Below are positions 1-13,690 of a stretch of 64,000 nucleotides of DNA, piece by piece. Below the pieces are notes generated by a model. That model did no database searches and had not been told where the DNA came from. It saw only the letters and a list, made by a program, of their open reading frames with translations. The DNA is taken from the NCBI RefSeq assembly GCF_009914755.1, contig NC_060930.1; one strand, given 5' to 3'. The position numbers and the translations under genes were made by a program. The DNA comes from the human T2T-CHM13v2.0 reference genome, Homo sapiens. The stretch's first letter is position 1, and every line of letters starts with the position of its first letter.

Positions 1-1854
1 GTCACAATAGACCCTCTCACTGGGATCTGCTTCCCTCATTTATATTTCTTTCTAGAATTCCATGGCGTTTGAGGGTGTGGGGCCAATAATGGCTAAATGG
101 CTAGTTGTTAATGGGTTTTTAATCACTCTCCCATGTGAAGGTAACAAATCTTCTGGAGTGAAATTATTGTAATTTAACCAATGACAACACAAACATTGTG
201 TGATTACAGTGGCTTAAAATGTGCAGTTCTGGAAATAGATAATTAAAACTAGAGTGTTCAATGAAATGCACAATGGAAATTAATGGCCAAAAATAAAATA
301 GTCTACTTCCTAACCGACTGCCAAATAAACCTAATATCGTGATAGATTCTGACAACAGGGTCCTATTGAAATTCTCCGTGGCGAACATCACCTTGTATCA
401 TTGCAAAAGGAAAGCAGGTAGGAAAAACGAAGATTCTATTCATGGAGGTGAATCTGCCAGTGCAAAGTAGCTGTGTAACCCCTTCCAAATATCATGTGAA
501 GATTGTTTCGAATCCTAAAATCTAAAGCTGTTTAACTTCAACACAGCTGAGCTAGGGTTGCCAGCATATGCCTAGCAATTAACACATAAAATATCTATTT
601 TGTATATAAAAAATATCTCTCTGATTTGGTTGAATCTCAAATGCTAACAGTTTTATTTTTCAATTCATTTATTTCAAACTGTCATATCACATCCAACCAT
701 GTGAAGGCTTTGGCTGTGGAAAAGCAGAAAACCTTATAGAAAAAAAGGATATTTTAATAAGCTGGCTAATCCTCTCTAGCCATACCTCTTTCAAATGGAT
801 TTTAAAATCACCATGTAATTATAGATGGAGTCCAAGTCAGAGCAGGAATGTGAAATGCCTGCAAGATGCTCCATATAGGCATACTCTCCAGGAGGCTGTA
901 AAAGAAGCACAGTTTCAACTTTTGGAGAACTTTGAAAAGCAATATCACAGTCAGTTTTTCTGTGGGTTACCACAGTCTTTCAACTCATGCTAAAGGAAGG
1001 AGCATTCAGCCCTGACTGAGAACTCATGAGTTAGAAAAACTGATATCAGAAACCAAAAAGCAGCAAAATATGTCAGAGAAAGTGACAATTCAAGCCACTT
1101 GCTTCTTGTAGATATCTACAACAAAGAAAATATGTTTGTGGCATCTCATAAAAACACCAGCTAACTTAACATTGCTGGCAAGCCAAAAAGAAAATATACC
1201 TGAGGGTGTGCTAACATAAACTAAAAAAAAAAAAAAAAAAAAGAGGAACAGGAGGATGCTTTAAATACACTGACATGATTTTCCTTGTGTTAGCTTTCAA
1301 GGGCATTATTGGAAGCTCATATTACCAATAAATACATTATTGGTCTTGTTTGGGTTCCAAACTTTTGTTTGAATAACTGATTTCTTTTGACACTATTGAA
1401 GATAATTCTCTGTGGCTACCATTCTATGAAGAAGTATAAAAACAAAATTGAGATGTTTGTACCACAATGAGGGTTAAAAGGATTTCCCAGTGACTAAGTG
1501 AGGGGTTAAACATACTATAGTCTCTGGTTGAAATAAAGATGCATTATCAGTGAAAGTTCTCTTTCACACCTGTTTCCAAATCCACATTCTCACTCCAGAC
1601 ATTGAACTGCCATTTAACAATTGGAGAAATAAAGCATGAAAGCAGGCAGAGAGGAAGTTGTTTACTCAAGAAGACTTTACAGTTAACCAGTGATCAGAAC
1701 CCAAAGTTCTTTATTCCTAGTCCACTTATATTTACATGATGCTAGATTATATTACATAATTCACTTCACTTGAATAAAATGAGTAAGACAAAGTCTCTGT
1801 CCTCAGGAGGTTATCAAGAGTCATAGTAAAAAGAACATATTCATTCAGTTTCAT

Positions 1855-2065
1855 GTATTTAAGCTTAAATTTCGCTTCAAAACTTACTAGGAGACTTTGG
1901 ACAAATGAGTCAACTACTCTGTGCCTTCGTTTCCTGATCTTGTCTTTACAAGCAAGGATACTAATGTATTTTTCACAGAGCTGTTTTAAGAATCAGAAAT
2001 AACATATATCAGAGACATTCTTAAGTGTTTGGCACACAGTCACTCTTCAATAAATGCCCTCTCAT
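1855..2065 (+). mobile_element. MIR SINE (degenerate)
   Basis: 'acttactagg...ctttggacaaat...ctctgtgccttcgtttcctgatc' resembles the MIR core; 3' part 'ggcacacagtcactcttcaataaatg'. Confidence 0.65.
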
Positions 2066-2260
2066 ATTATTAATGGAGGAGACGAAAAGTAAACAGATTA
2101 CTTTAAGGCTGGGAAGAATGAAATGAATGCCATAGGAAGGCACATCAAGTGCTCTGGGCATTTGACTTATGAAGAAGGAGACCGTACAAAATGTTATGCT
2201 AAATGAAGCTTCCTCTTTTAGAATCAGAGACACTGAAGAACTTAAAGAAATCTTATTTCT

Positions 2261-3817
<1,557 letters not shown>

Positions 3818-4469
3818 AGAAATATTATTTCTAATCCTACCACTCCTTTATCATTTCTTACCATCACTTCAGGACTTGGGTTATTTTGCCTGTCACTATC
3901 TCACATTCATGCTCTCTCTTATATTTTCTATTTATGAGTTACACATAATAAACTCTCAATGCTATTTCCTCAAGCTCTATGAAAATTGCCTTAGTAGCAT
4001 TATCAGAATTTATCGACATGTACAAAAACCAATAATATTATTTGTTACAGTCCTTTTTTCACTCTTCTATATATACCTGTCTTCTTTAATTATTAAAGAT
4101 GTAGTTGCTACTATTGTGGAGAAGTATCTGTGGTATTAATATGCTTTCTGAATATTAATTTATTTCTAAGGGCAAGCCAAATGTATAGGGATAAAGTCCT
4201 CTAATGCTTTTATAGCTTTTTAATGTGTTTTAGTTTTTTAAATATTTAAAATGTTTAAAATTTTTTTTTGCCTTAGTGCTCATTATAACAATATATAAAT
4301 AGAAAATTTAAAAATAATTTTTAGTATTCATTTCTCTCTGAATCTTATTCCTCACAAAACTTTATAACCTTACACTTGTGTAATTATCATCAGATGCCAT
4401 GAAATCTATTATAAATTTCAGGAACTAATGGCTATCAGGAAATTAAAGATTTCTGAGAAGTAAATAAGC

Positions 4470-7400
4470 TTGTGCAGCTGCCCCACCACTGGCTGAAAGT
4501 TCCCATTGGCAGCAGCTTTGTGTCTTTCTGGGGTGGAGTTCCCAGAGGCAATAGACAGCCCCTCTGCCACTGCCGCTGATTGGTAACTGCCCTTGCTGTC
4601 ACCAGGCTGGGGAAGGAACAAAGACCTGAGTGCCTTACTCACACCTCCAGCACACCACAGCTGCCGTGTGGAGAAGAGGACAGCTGTCTTCTCCATGAGA
4701 CCAGCACCTGCTCTTCACCAGACAAGACTCCCAACTCCCCCAACTTGGTCTCACAACAAAGCTGCCCCACCCCAGGCTGATCATTCTGATAAGAGGGCCT
4801 CTGCATTTCTCTGAGGTGGAGCCCTAAGAAACAAGTGAAAGACCCTCTGCCACTGCCACTGCAAGGTCCCCACCCCTGTTTCTCCCAAGCTGGCAAGGGA
4901 AGAAAAAGCCTGTGCTAGCCGCAGGGCTGAGATCTGTGGGAGAGGAGCCCACTCTCAGAGCACAGAGAGGAAGCATGGCTACAAGCACAAGGAAATGCAG
5001 AGGAGCCAGTGGCTAAGAACCTACCTATGAGCCATTGTGGTGAAGTGCAGTCAACTGGATGACAGCCCAGATTTCAACAAAAATACTTTACTAATACACC
5101 GTCTTGTGAAACCAAAGTCAAGAATTTAACCACAAATAAGATCTATGCAAAGGCTTGGCCCTCTGTAAATACCCAGAAATGAAGCCAACTGACTATACTC
5201 AAATTACACCTCAGTTAAAGAACATCAGTCCACAAAGATGAGAAAGAACCAGTGCAAAAACTCTGGTAACTCTAAAAACCACAGTGTCTCCTTACCTCCA
5301 AATAACCCATTCCAAAGAATGTAAGGAATTCAATAAAATGATTCAAGAGATGAAAGATTAAATAGCCAATTCAAGAAAAAAAACAGATTGATCTGATAGA
5401 GGTAAAAAAAAACCTATGGCAGGAATTTAGTAACAAAATTGAAAGTATTAACAGCAGAATAGACTGAGCTGAAGGAAAAAAATCTCAGAACTAAAAGAAC
5501 AGTTTCTTGAATTAACTCAGACCAAAATAAAGACAGAAGAATTTTAAAAAACAAAGAAATCCTTCAAGAAATATGGAATTATGTAAAGAGACCAAACCTA
5601 TGACTCCCTGGGGTCCCTGAAAGACAGGGAGAGAGACCAAGAAACTTGGAAAACATATTTGAGGATATTGCACATGAAAATTTCCCCAACCTCGCTAGAG
5701 AGGTTGGCATTTAAATTCAGGAAATTCAGAGAACCCCTGCAAAATACTATACAAGAAGACCATTCCCAAGACACATAGTATCAGACTGTCCAAAGTCAAT
5801 ATGAAAGAAAAAAATATTAAAGGCTTCTAGAGAGAAGGGGCAGGTCACCTGCAAAGGAAACCCCATTAGGCAAACAGCAGACCTTTCAGCAGAAACCCTA
5901 CAAGCCAGAAGAGATTTAGGGCCTATATTGAGCATCCTTAATGAAAAGAAATTCCAAGCAAGAATTTCCTATACAGCCAAACTAAGCTTCTTATGTGAAA
6001 AAGAAATAAGATCCTTTTTAGACAAGTAAATGTTAAGGAAATTTATTAACATCAGATTTGCCTTACAAGAGATGTTGGGGGAAGTCAGGGACCCCAAAAG
6101 GAGGGACTGGCTGGAGCTGCGGCAGAGGAACATAAATTGTGAAGATTTCATTTTAATATGGACATTTATCAGTTCCTAAATTAATACTTTTATAATTTCT
6201 TATGCCTGTCTTACTTTAATCTCTTAATCCTGTTATCTTTGTAAGCTGAGGATGTATGTCACCTCAGGGCCACTATGATTATTGTGTTAACTGTACAAAT
6301 TGATTGTAAAACATGTGTGTTTGAACAATATGAAATCAGTACACCTTGAAAAAGAACAGAATAACAGTGATTTTAGGTAACAAGGGAAGACAACCATAAG
6401 GTCTGAGTGCCTGGGGGTTGGGCAAAATAGAGCCATATTTTTCTTCTGGCAGAGAGCCTATAAATGGATGTGCAAGTAGGGAATATATTGCTAAATTCTT
6501 TTCCTAGCAAGGAATATTAATAATTAATACCCTGGGGAAGGAATGCATTCCTGGGGGGAGGTCTATAAATGGCCGCTCTGGGAGTGTCTGTCTTATGCAG
6601 TTGAGATAAGGACTGAAATATGCCCTGGTCTCCCGCAGTACCCTCAGGCTTACTAGGGAGGGGAAAAACCCCACCCTGGTAAATTTGAGGTCAGACCGGT
6701 TCTCTGCTCTCGAACCCTGTTATCTGTTTTTTAAGATGCTTATCAAGACAATACATGCACAGCTGAATATAGACCTTTATCAGTAGTTCTGTTTTGCCCT
6801 TGTCCTGTTTCCTCAGAAGCATGTGATCTTTGTTCCCCTTTTGCCCTTTGAAGCATGTGATCTTTGTGACCTACTCTCTGTTCTTGCACCCCCTCCCCTT
6901 TTGAAATCCTTAATAAAACTTGCTGGCTTTGAGGCTCAGGTGGGCATCATGGTCCTACCAATATGTGATGTCACCCCTGGAGGCCCAGCTGTAAAATTCC
7001 TCTCTTTGTACTCTTTCTCTTTATTTCTCAGCCAGCTGACACTTACAGAAAATAGAAAGAACCTACATTGAAATATTGGGGGTGGGTTCCCCCGATAAGA
7101 GACCCTTAAGGGAGTGCTAAACAGGGAAATGAAAGATCATTACCAGCTACCACAAAAACACACTTAACTACATAAACCATTGGCACTCTAAAGCAACCAC
7201 ACAATCAAGTCTACATAACAACAAGCTTATAACAGGATGACAGGATCAAATCAGCACATATCAGTACTAACCTTCAGTGTAAACAAGCTAAAAGCCCTGC
7301 TTAAAAGGCATAGAGTGGCAAGTTGGATAAAAAAGCAAGACCCAACTGGATGCTGTTTTCAAGAGACCCATCTTAGATACAATGTCATCCATAGGCTCAA

Positions 7401-10400
7401 ACTAAAGGACAGGAGAAAAATCTATCAAGTAAATGAAAAACAAAAAAGGGCAGGAGTTACTATTCTTATTTCTAACAAAATAGACATTAAACCAACAATT
7501 ATAAAGAAAGGACAAAAAGGACATTAGATAATGATAAAGGGTTCAATTCAAAAGAAGTCTTAACTATCCTAAGTATATATCCACCCAATACTGGGGCACC
7601 TAGATTCATAAAACTAGTTCTTAGAGACTTACCAAAGAGAACCACACAATAATAGTGGTATACTTCAACACTGCACTGACAGTATTAGACAAATCATTGA
7701 AGTAGAATACTAACGAAGGTATTCTGGACCTAAACCCAATACTTGACCAAATAGCCCTAACAGACAGCAACAGAACACTTCACCCAAAAATAACAGAATA
7801 TACGTTTTTCTCATCTGCACATGGCACATACTCTAAAACTGACCACACACTCAGCCATAAAGCAATTCTCAACAAATTAAAAAAAAAAATACTGAAATCA
7901 TACCAACCACACTCTTGTTCACAGTGCAATAAAAATAGACATCAATACCATGATCTCTCAAAACCATAGTACTAAATGAAAATTAAACAAACTTCTCTTG
8001 AATGACTTTTTGACAAACAAAGAAATTAAGGGAAAATTCAAGAAATCCTTTGGAAGTAATTAAAACAAAGATACAACATACAAGAATCACTGGGACACAG
8101 TAAAGCTGTGTGAGGGGAAATTTTCTAGTGCTAAGCACTCCTATCAAAAAGTTAGAAAAAAGTGTCAAATTAATAACTGAACATTACACCTAGAGGAACT
8201 GGAAAAAAAAAGAGCAAACCAACCTCACATCTAGCAGAAGAAAAGAAACAACCAAAATTAGAGCTGAACTGAATTACACAGAGATGAGAAAATCATACAA
8301 AAGATCAAGAAAACCCAAAGTTTGTTTTTTGAAAGAATAAATAAGATTGATAGACCACTAACTAGACTAATAAAAAAAAAGAGGGAAGATCCAAATAAAC
8401 ACAATCAGAAATGACAAGAAATGACAAAGGGGACATTACCACCAACCCCAGAGAAATACAAAAAACCCTCAGAGACTATTACAAACAACTCTATTCACAT
8501 AAACTAGAAAACCTAGAAGAAATGGATGTACAACCTCTGAAGATTAAACTGAGAAGAAATCAAATCCATGAACATGACAATAATGAGATTCAAAATTGAA
8601 TCAGTAATAAAAACCTACCAACCAAAAATGCCCTGAATGGGACAGATTCACAGCCAAATTCTAACAGAGCTGGTACCTATCCTACTAAACAATTCTGAAA
8701 AATCAAAGAGGAGGACTCCTCCCCAACTTATTTTGTGAGGCCAGTATCATTTTGATACCCAAATCTGGCAGAAACACAACAAAAAAAGAAAACTTCAGGC
8801 CAAATATCCCTAATAAACATAGATGCAAAAATCCTTAACAAAACACGGCAAACCGAATGCAGCAGCACAACAAAAAGCTAATCCACCACTATCAAGTAAG
8901 CTTTATTTCTGGGATTCAAGGTTGGTTCAACCTATGCAAATCAATAAATGTGATTCATCACATAAACAGAACTAAAAACAAAAACCATGAGATCATCTGA
9001 ATAGACACACAAAGGCTGTCAACAGAATTCAATATATCTTCAGGCTATAAACTCTCAACAAACTAGGCATTGAAGGAACCTAGTTCAAAATAATAAGAGC
9101 CACCTATGACAAACCCATACCAACATCATACTGAATGGGCAAAAGCTGGAAGCATTCCCTGTGAGAACAGAAAGAAGACAAAATGTCCACTCACCACTCC
9201 TATTTAACATAGTAGTGGAAGTCCTAGCCAGAATAATCAGGCAAGAGAAAGAAATAAAAGCCATTCAAATAGGAAGAGAGGAAGTCAAAATATCTCTCTT
9301 CACAGATGATACAATTCTATACCTAAAAAATGCCATCATCTCTGCCCAAAGGTCTTAGGTCTGATAAACAACTTTAGCAAAGTTGCAGATACAAAATCAA
9401 TGTATCAATCAAAACCCAACAGCATTTTTATACACTAATAACATCAAATCTGAGAGTCAAATCAAGAATGCAATCCCACTTACAACAAGCACAAAAAGAA
9501 TAAAATATTTAGAAATACAGCTAAACAGGGAGGCAAAAGAGCTCTACAATGAGAATTACAAAGCACTGCTGAGCAAAATCAGACATGATACAAACAAATG
9601 GAAAACCACTCCATGCTCATGTATAGGAGGAATCAATATTGTTAAAATGGCCATACGGCCCAAAGCAGTTTACATATTCAATGCTATTCCTACCAAACTA
9701 CTAATGATGTTTTTAGAATTAATCATTATTAATTGATAATTAATTATTATTAGAATTATAATTAGAAAAATACTGTTCTACAATCATTCGAAGCCAACGA
9801 AAAGCCCAAATAGCCAAAGAAATCCTAAGCAAAAAGAACAAGGCTGGAGACATTACACTACCTTACTTCAAACTGTACTATAAGGCTACAGTAACTACAA
9901 CAGCACACTACTAGTAAAAAAAAAATAGACATGTAGACCAATGGAACACAATAGAGAACTCAGAAATAAAGCAGCATACCTAAAAACACCTGTTCTTCAA
10001 CAAAGCTGGTAGTAGCAAGCAATAGGGAAATAACTCCCTATTCAATCAATAGTGCTGGGATAACTGGCTAGCTACATGCAGAAGATTAAAACTGGACCCC
10101 TACATTTCACTGTATACAAAAATTAACTCAATATGGATGGAAGACTTAAATGTAAAACCTAAAACTATAAAAATTCCAGAAGAAAGTCTAGGAAATACTA
10201 TTCTGGACATCAGCTCTGGCAAATATTTCATGATGAAGACTTCAAAAGCAATTGCAACAAGAACAAAAATTCACAAATGGGATCTTTTTAAACAAAGAGT
10301 TTCTGCACAACAAAACTATCAATAGAGTAAACAAACAACCTACATAATGGGAGAAAATATTTTCAAACTAGGCATCTGACAAAGATCTAATATCCTGAAT
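4470..10400 (+). mobile_element. L1 LINE, older primate type (L1PA15/16 or L1P4-like): partial 5'UTR, decayed ORF1 (from ~5238) and ORF2 (from ~7237), truncated before the 3'UTR
   Basis: ORF1 start atgagaaagaaccagtgc. ORF2 fragments MTGSNQHISVLT..WIKKQDPT..QETHL (APE endonuclease), [34 protein letters not shown] (RT) and [20 protein letters not shown]. Many stops and frameshifts; no poly-A. Confidence 0.9.
6073..7097 (+). mobile_element. MER11 solo LTR (HERV-K11/HML-8; MER11C-like) inserted in L1 ORF1
   Basis: Starts tgttgggggaagtcagggacccc..., ends ...ttcccccgata. TSD agaga (6068-6072 / 7098-7102). TATA-like gtctataaa ~6561 and AATAAA ~6912. L1 ORF1 continues across the insertion. Confidence 0.92.
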
Positions 10401-10890
10401 GTCAGGCTACTGATCCAAGCAAGCAGGTACTCTAAATGCGTGTATTTCTGCCTAGGATGGAATGGAGAGAGCCCTGCTGCACCACAGTCACAGGGGAACT
10501 GGTTAGGGCACTAACCAACGGCACACATAGACAGTTCCAGGTCACCCGGCTGGCTCTGGCTGCAATTTTGCTGCCCAGGAGAAACTGCAGCTATAGCAGC
10601 TCTCCTTCTTCCCCAAGATCTTGATGGCAGAGAGCACAATTCTAGCATCTGCTGCTGAGGCTTTTTCCCCGGTTCTGGATATAGAGGCCTCTATCCCACT
10701 CCAGAGCAGGTCCTCCAATCTCTGGCACGAGACTTAAATGCCTGCATGGCCACATGGCCAGGTCATCAAAGAGTAGCTGACTTTGTATGTGCTCTGATTA
10801 AAAATGGCATCCTGTTCTTGGTCCTGGGTCTGGGAAAATGTCTGCAGCTTACCAATGTCTTTCTCTTACAGTGACTGTAAGCCTCTCCAT
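10401..10890 (-). mobile_element. L1PA15/16-type 5'UTR segment in inverted orientation
   Basis: Reverse complement reads ggagaggctt...agctgcagacattttcccagacccaggaccaagaacaggatgccatttttaatc...agagctgctatagctgcagtttctcctgggcagc, matching my recollection of old L1P 5' ends. Confidence 0.7.
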
Positions 10891-12900
10891 GTATATTTGA
10901 GAAGAATGTGTATTCTGCTGTTATTTCTACTGAGTTATTTTCTTAGTTGTTGCTCTAGAGCCATAATATGCAGCTTAATTTATCAAAATGTATTTCACAT
11001 GTATACTGACTGAATTCTAGGGAGACACAGAAATTTGGTTCCTATCTAGCTATTTTCTCTCTTACCACCCTGTTGTTACTAATGTTATATCTATATATGT
11101 TGCAAACCCAACAATATATTGTTACAATTATGAATAAAAATAGAAAGCAGATCAAGTATAAAGTTGATTACTCAGCTTTGTTCTCACAAAGGTTCTTTCC
11201 CTGTTATAGTTAAATATGTTTCCATACATTATAGGCCTCGAAATTCTATTTTGTACACTTCATTTTAAATAATTGCTTTTTAAATAAGTTGAGAGAAGAA
11301 AGTAGATAAATATGCATTTTTGCTGTTATTTGTAAATCATATAATAACCTTTACCAGCTGTCTTTATTTGTTTGTTTAATATGGATTTGAATTACTATCT
11401 GGAATCACTTGTTTTCAGCTTGTCCTTCTTTTAGTCTTTCTTATAAGGTGATTCTGCTAACAACAGGTTCTCTCCATTTATGTTTATCTAGGGAAACTTT
11501 TTATTATACCTTTAATTTTGAGAAAGATAGTTTTGTTGAAAATAACGTTCTTAGTTGACATTACATTTTCAGCACTTTGAATATGTTATCCCACTGCCTT
11601 CTGATGTTATTTGTGTTTGATGAGAAGTCAGCTGTTAATTGTTTTTTTTTTTTTTAATATGACGAGTCCTTTTTACTTGCTGTTTTCAAGATTTTGTCTT
11701 TGTCTTTCAGCATTTTTATGATAATGTGTCTGGATATAGATGTCTTTGTGTTTATTTAACATGGATTTTGTTGAACATCTTGGATGTGTAGATTGATGTT
11801 TCTAATAAGAGTTTACACATTTTAACCATTATTTTAGAAAACGTATATCTTTGCTCTTTTCCTGTTCCCTTTGTCTTTCTTGTATTTGTGTTATGTCTAT
11901 GCTGCTACTTTAATAATTTCCCACATTTCTCTAGGGTACATTAATTATTCTTCTTATTACTTCTCTGTTCTTTAGACAGTGAAATGTCTGCTGATTTACT
12001 TTCAGGTTTTAGGATACTTTCTTCTACCAGTTTATATCTAAGGTTGAGCATGCCTTGTAAATTTTTCATTTCAGTTATAGCACTTTTCAACTCTAATATT
12101 CAGGTTTTTTAACAATAAATATCTGTTTATTAATAATCTCTATTAATGAGATATTGCCATTATATCCTCCTTTATTTCTATGTACATAGTTATTTGAACA
12201 TATGTATAAGACTTTCTTTGATGTCTTTCTGTGTTAAATCTAATATTCGGCATTTATGCAAACAGTTTCTGTTGTTTTCTCTTTTTACTATATAGGGGTC
12301 ATATTTCACTATTTCTAATGTCACCCTTTAGAGGAAACAGCCTTGAGCATCCATATAGACACACTAAAATCACAGTGATTTTAACAGTGCTTTCTTTTTC
12401 TTTTTTCTGATCTTGTGAGTTGTCTGCCTCTGTTTGTATCATGCCATGACATTAAGCTTGGCCAGTTTTTCGCCTGAATCTCAGGATGATAAATTGCTCC
12501 ATAGTCCAACTTAATTTTAAGTCCTTTTGCAGAGGTAGTTTTGAGGCCATTTTTGTTGTTGTTGTTCTGGCTCTAGAAGGATTCTTCCTAGCTTTGTCTT
12601 TCCCTGGTTTTCTCCAGTCAAATGGATACTCTGTGGTTTGGCTTATTGGCCTAATGGTGCTACCAAACTGTTATAATTGCTTACCACCAAAATATCCCTT
12701 GCTTTGAAGACTAACCTTAACTTTGAAATTCCTCACATTGTGTTTCAAACAAAGTCAATTCCTTTGGGGATAACTTTGGAACTCCCTATTCTACCTCTCC
12801 AACCAGGAAAAATCTCTGAGCCACTTCTTCAGAGCCACAGGCAAGAGTGTCATGCTTTCTAATAAGCAGGGCATTGGGTGGTGACTGCAGTCTCTGGTAT
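10891..12900 (-). mobile_element. Old L1M element (ORF2 start, ORF1 and 5' region)
   Basis: tttgagaagaatgtgtattctgctg; ttttcagcactttgaatatgttatcccactgccttctg...tgatgagaagtcagctgttaatt; cttggatgtgtagattgatg. These are typical antisense L1M ORF1 strings. Confidence 0.75.
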
Positions 12901-12924
12901 GGTGATTGTATTTATTCTCTCTTG

Positions 12925-13096
12925 CCTTCCACCTGCCAAAATGTGAGGTTATAGTAAGAAAGTCCACATAAGAGGTTGGCACCTTCGCTTGATCTGGGAC
13001 TTGCCAGCCTCCAGAATTGTGAGGAATAAATTTCTGTTTTTATACAATATTCAGTCTGTGGTATTCTGTTACCACAACACAAAATGGACAAAGACA
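12925..13096 (+). mobile_element. MaLR LTR 3' part (MST/MLT1A-type)
   Basis: ttgatctgggacttgccagcctccagaattgtgaggaataaatttctg...tggtattctgttacc...aaatggacaaagaca end. Confidence 0.8.
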
Positions 13097-13484
13097 AGGA
13101 TTCTTTAAGTTAGACATTGAAAAAGAGGTGAGAGAGAGAAAGATCTTGCTAAAATCAGGGTTATTATATATCTTATGATTAATTTTTGGATTCAATAGAA
13201 CAGAGATGAGTTTTTTTCTTAATTTATATAATCCTAAAAATTCCAATTTTTACTGAAGATAGTTTGAAAGGGCTTTCTAGCTCATGCAAACACGAGTCAT
13301 AATCGATCCAATGAAATAAACAATTGACATGATATAAATCATGTATTCACTACTGTAGTCATAGTGTAAGTACATTATATGAAGATAGAAGAGATTTTAA
13401 GGAGATAGAAGTAATAGTTCTTTACTTTCATCACTATAAAGATATTTTTGTTATCTTGGAGGTTCTTTTTAAAGCCCTTATTTA

Positions 13485-13690
13485 CTTTCTGAACTACCAC
13501 ATACTCCAGGTTCTTTTTGCACATTAATTGTCCCAGCCCTGGTATCAGTCATTTCTCTAAGAATCTTTGGTTCCTTTTACTGAAGAACGGTATTAGAAAC
13601 TGCGAACTAGGTGCTAGGTGTTCTCATTACTACTGGGCTCATTGCTTCTCATTCCTGTTAGCTGACAGGATATATATTTCAGGGTATATA
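13485..13690 (-). mobile_element. L1MC 3'-UTR fragment
   Basis: cccagccctggtatcagtcatttctctaagaatctttggttccttttactg...attagaaact...ggtgctaggtg is the L1MC3/4 3' signature in antisense. Confidence 0.7.

Noticed and set aside
7237-10325. Several ORFs with endonuclease/RT motifs
   Set aside because: Fragments of a dead L1 ORF2 with many stops and frameshifts, not a host gene or active element.
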